From: Octopus sinensis
Taxonomy: Eukaryota
Direction of reading: 5' to 3'
Assembly: GCF_006345805.1 (NCBI RefSeq)
Contig: NW_021827690.1
Location: forward strand, 1 to 10,005
Length of the DNA: 10,005 nt
A program made the translations under genes and the position numbers. Shown here one piece after another: positions 8,071 through 10,005 of this stretch. The notes below the pieces were generated by a model. It had not been told where the DNA came from. It saw only the letters and a program-made list of their open reading frames with translations, and did not search any database. Numbering within the stretch: position 1 is the first letter of the stretch; every line of letters starts with the position of its first letter.

Positions 8071-8803
8071 TTTAAAACGCTTAAGGTGATATAGATATTC
8101 AGTAGAATGTACGACGCTTCGTATAAAGCTAACTTAACCATTTTAAACTCTAAACACACAAAGTACTTCAAACATCTTTTTAATGGTTACATATAGAACA
8201 GTTTTTCTCTTCTCGTCACTTCTATGAACTCGATGATATATCAATGTTATTTGAGTAATAAAAAGATGTGATATTCTCAAGTTAGCTATTCTTATTTAAC
8301 ATTGCAAGAATAAAAACGAACAAACAAAAAGTATTATTGATTATGATAAATAACCATATTGGTATTGAAATATCGCTAATTTTACTTTTAATGTTTTGTT
8401 TTTGCTTCTATACAATAATGGAGAAAGCTGCTTATTAATTAGTGTGAATTATATAATTTTTACTCAAAGAAAGCATTTATTAAAGTGTCCATTGTTTATG
8501 CAATTCTTAAAAATCCCAATTTTAATATAAGTTTATCAAAATATCGTTTCCAAAAATCTTTTCAAGTAGAAGATTAATTTTAATTCACAGTCAGTCTTAA
8601 CAATACGAAGCAGTAATTTTTAATGTCTCACATTATTTCTAGCTCTTCTTCCGATAGTTAAATCTTTTGCTGACATCTCCACTGCTACGGTTGTCGTATT
8701 CATGTGATGAACAGGAATAAAACAATATCATTTTCAATCTCTTTAGATCTTCAGTCGTGTGTTTATATAAGTTATTAATGCTGAACAGTACAGATATATA
8801 GTC

Positions 8804-9210
8804 TCTCTTTACTCTTTTACTTGTTTCAGTCATTTGACTGCGGCTATACTGGAGCACCGCCTTTAGTCAAGCAAATCGACCCCGGGACTTATTCTTTGTA
8901 AGCCCAGTACTTATTCTATCGGTCTCTTTTGCCGAACCGCTAAGTTACGGGTACGTAAACACACCAGCATCGGTTGTCAAGCAATGCTGGGGAACAAAAC
9001 ACAGACACACAACATATACACACACACATACTCATATATATACATATATACGACAGGCTTCTTTCAGTTTCCGTCTACCAAATCCACTCACAAGGCATTG
9101 GTCGGCCCGGGGCTATAGCAGAAGACACTTGCCCAAGATGCCACGCAGAGGGACTGAACTCGGAACCATGTGGCTGGTTAGCAAGCTACTAACCACACAG
9201 CCACTCCTGC
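8804..9210 (-). mobile_element. Full-length composite tRNA-derived SINE family A (about 400 bp): tRNA head, CORE-like body, internal microsatellite, second body module, (AAAGAGT)-repeat tail
   Basis: Minus strand: A-box TGGCTGTGTGG (9203-9193), B-box GTTCAGTCC (9159-9151), CTTGGGCAAGTGTCTT resembling the MIR/CORE motif, TA/TG spacer at about 9000-9050, and tail ...TGACTGAAACAAGTAAAAGAGTAAAGAG. No clear TSD. Confidence 0.9.
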
Positions 9211-9715
9211 AGGTCGACAGAAAATAGATAATTCATACACTCATATATGCTAGATACAATTATTGAAGTAATGTTGAAATTACGATAAATCATAGCGCAG
9301 TCATGAAGCTGGCATAATTCTACCGTTAAGAATTTTGCTTTACTACCATGTTGTTCTGATTTTCTCTCTCTTGCACAACGGCGACCTTTTGAGCAAGTGT
9401 TTACTTTCACGGCAGTTTCTGTAAATACCTTCTAAACTGATAACCACTACTGGTCGTAGCACTGCAAGGGGAAAGACATTTAGAAACACCAACCTAAGAA
9501 TTTTCCCTAGCTCACTTAGTCGTTGTTTAGCCCCCCCCCCATTAAACCTGTATAAAACGCAAGGATTCCTTCAGCTTTTTCACTTGAAAATTGTGTTAAA
9601 GTCAGACGTTTACTCCTTGTCTTTTCCTCTTGTGTGAGATGAAACTTTCTACCTCGTTTCTCCCCGCTGTCACTCGATGAGTGTTGCCATTTCCGTACCT
9701 TGTCGAAGGACTACC

Positions 9716-9762
9716 ACATGTATGTGTGTTGTGTATGTTGTACGCGTATGTATATATAAATT

Positions 9763-9793
<31 letters not shown>

Positions 9794-9815
9794 TATATTA
9801 TATATATATATATAT
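9716..9815. repeat. (TG)/(TA)n microsatellite
   Basis: Read directly from the sequence. Confidence 0.9.
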
Positions 9816-9817
9816 CA

Positions 9818-10005
9818 ATGACGCCATGATAGATCGTTAGCTCCTACACGCATTAGTTTTTTCTCTCCTTGTTTTTTCTGTGTCCCTTTCTGTAGAAGAG
9901 CGTAGGCTCGAAACGTAAAAGACTTTTTTCTATTCTTGAGCGCTATACTAATATAGTTGTTTTTGTTTGTACTCCACCTGCCTTCGTCTTTTGTTTATTT
10001 TCGTA
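9818..10005 (+). mobile_element. Probable Penelope-like element terminal repeat (pLTR) fragment, running off the window end
   Basis: Starts right after (TA)n, contains the hammerhead-like motif at 9886-9921 and has T-rich flanks. The family assignment is inferred from the ribozyme motif only. Confidence 0.55.
9886..9921 (+). ncRNA. Minimal type-I hammerhead-ribozyme-like motif (variant core, activity doubtful)
   Basis: Helix I CTTT(9886-89)/AAAG(9918-21); core CTGTAGA (9890-96, canonical CUGANGA with A6>U) + A; helix II GAGC/GCTC with GTAG loop; GAAA (9910-13); palindromic ACGT helix III; GUA triplet ending at 9917. Confidence 0.6.

Noticed and set aside
8725-8758. Minus-strand CTGAAGA...GAAA as another hammerhead
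   Set aside because: Helix II cannot close properly next to the core, and there is no helix III or NUH triplet.
9530-9711. About 60-codon stop-free minus-strand frame (SFDKVRKWQH...)
   Set aside because: No start codon, no convincing splice acceptor and no recognisable protein family.
1-10005. CRISPR array, rRNA or prokaryotic operon
   Set aside because: No regularly spaced repeat-spacer units, no rRNA motifs and no gene-dense structure. The sequence is eukaryotic repeat-rich DNA.

Overview
AT-rich, non-coding, repeat-dominated eukaryotic DNA. The SINE families and the very dense TA/CA/GA/TATC microsatellites look like an octopus (coleoid cephalopod) genome; this is recognition from memory, not a search result. 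I can support no intact host gene. Almost all ORF-track calls are translations of microsatellites or SINEs. The one real protein-coding signal is a decayed mariner (DD34D-type) transposase on the minus strand (6743-7653, 5' TIR ending near 7839). The window holds two tRNA-derived SINE families. Family B has three copies: a head-to-tail pair at 4137-4585 with two different tails, and a full-length inverted copy at 6112-6342 with a perfect 18-bp TSD. Family A has one full-length composite copy at 8804-9210 and three fragments. The most unusual features are two long fold-back palindromes (4760-4866 and a loop-less 238-bp one at 5072-5309) and a near-complete minimal type-I hammerhead-ribozyme-like motif (9886-9921). 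All three carry GAAA + a self-complementary helix III + a GUA triplet, as in Penelope-like retroelement termini, and all abut TA/CA microsatellites. The two palindromes lie between an inverted SINE pair, so 4.35-6.35 kb would be dsRNA-rich if transcribed.
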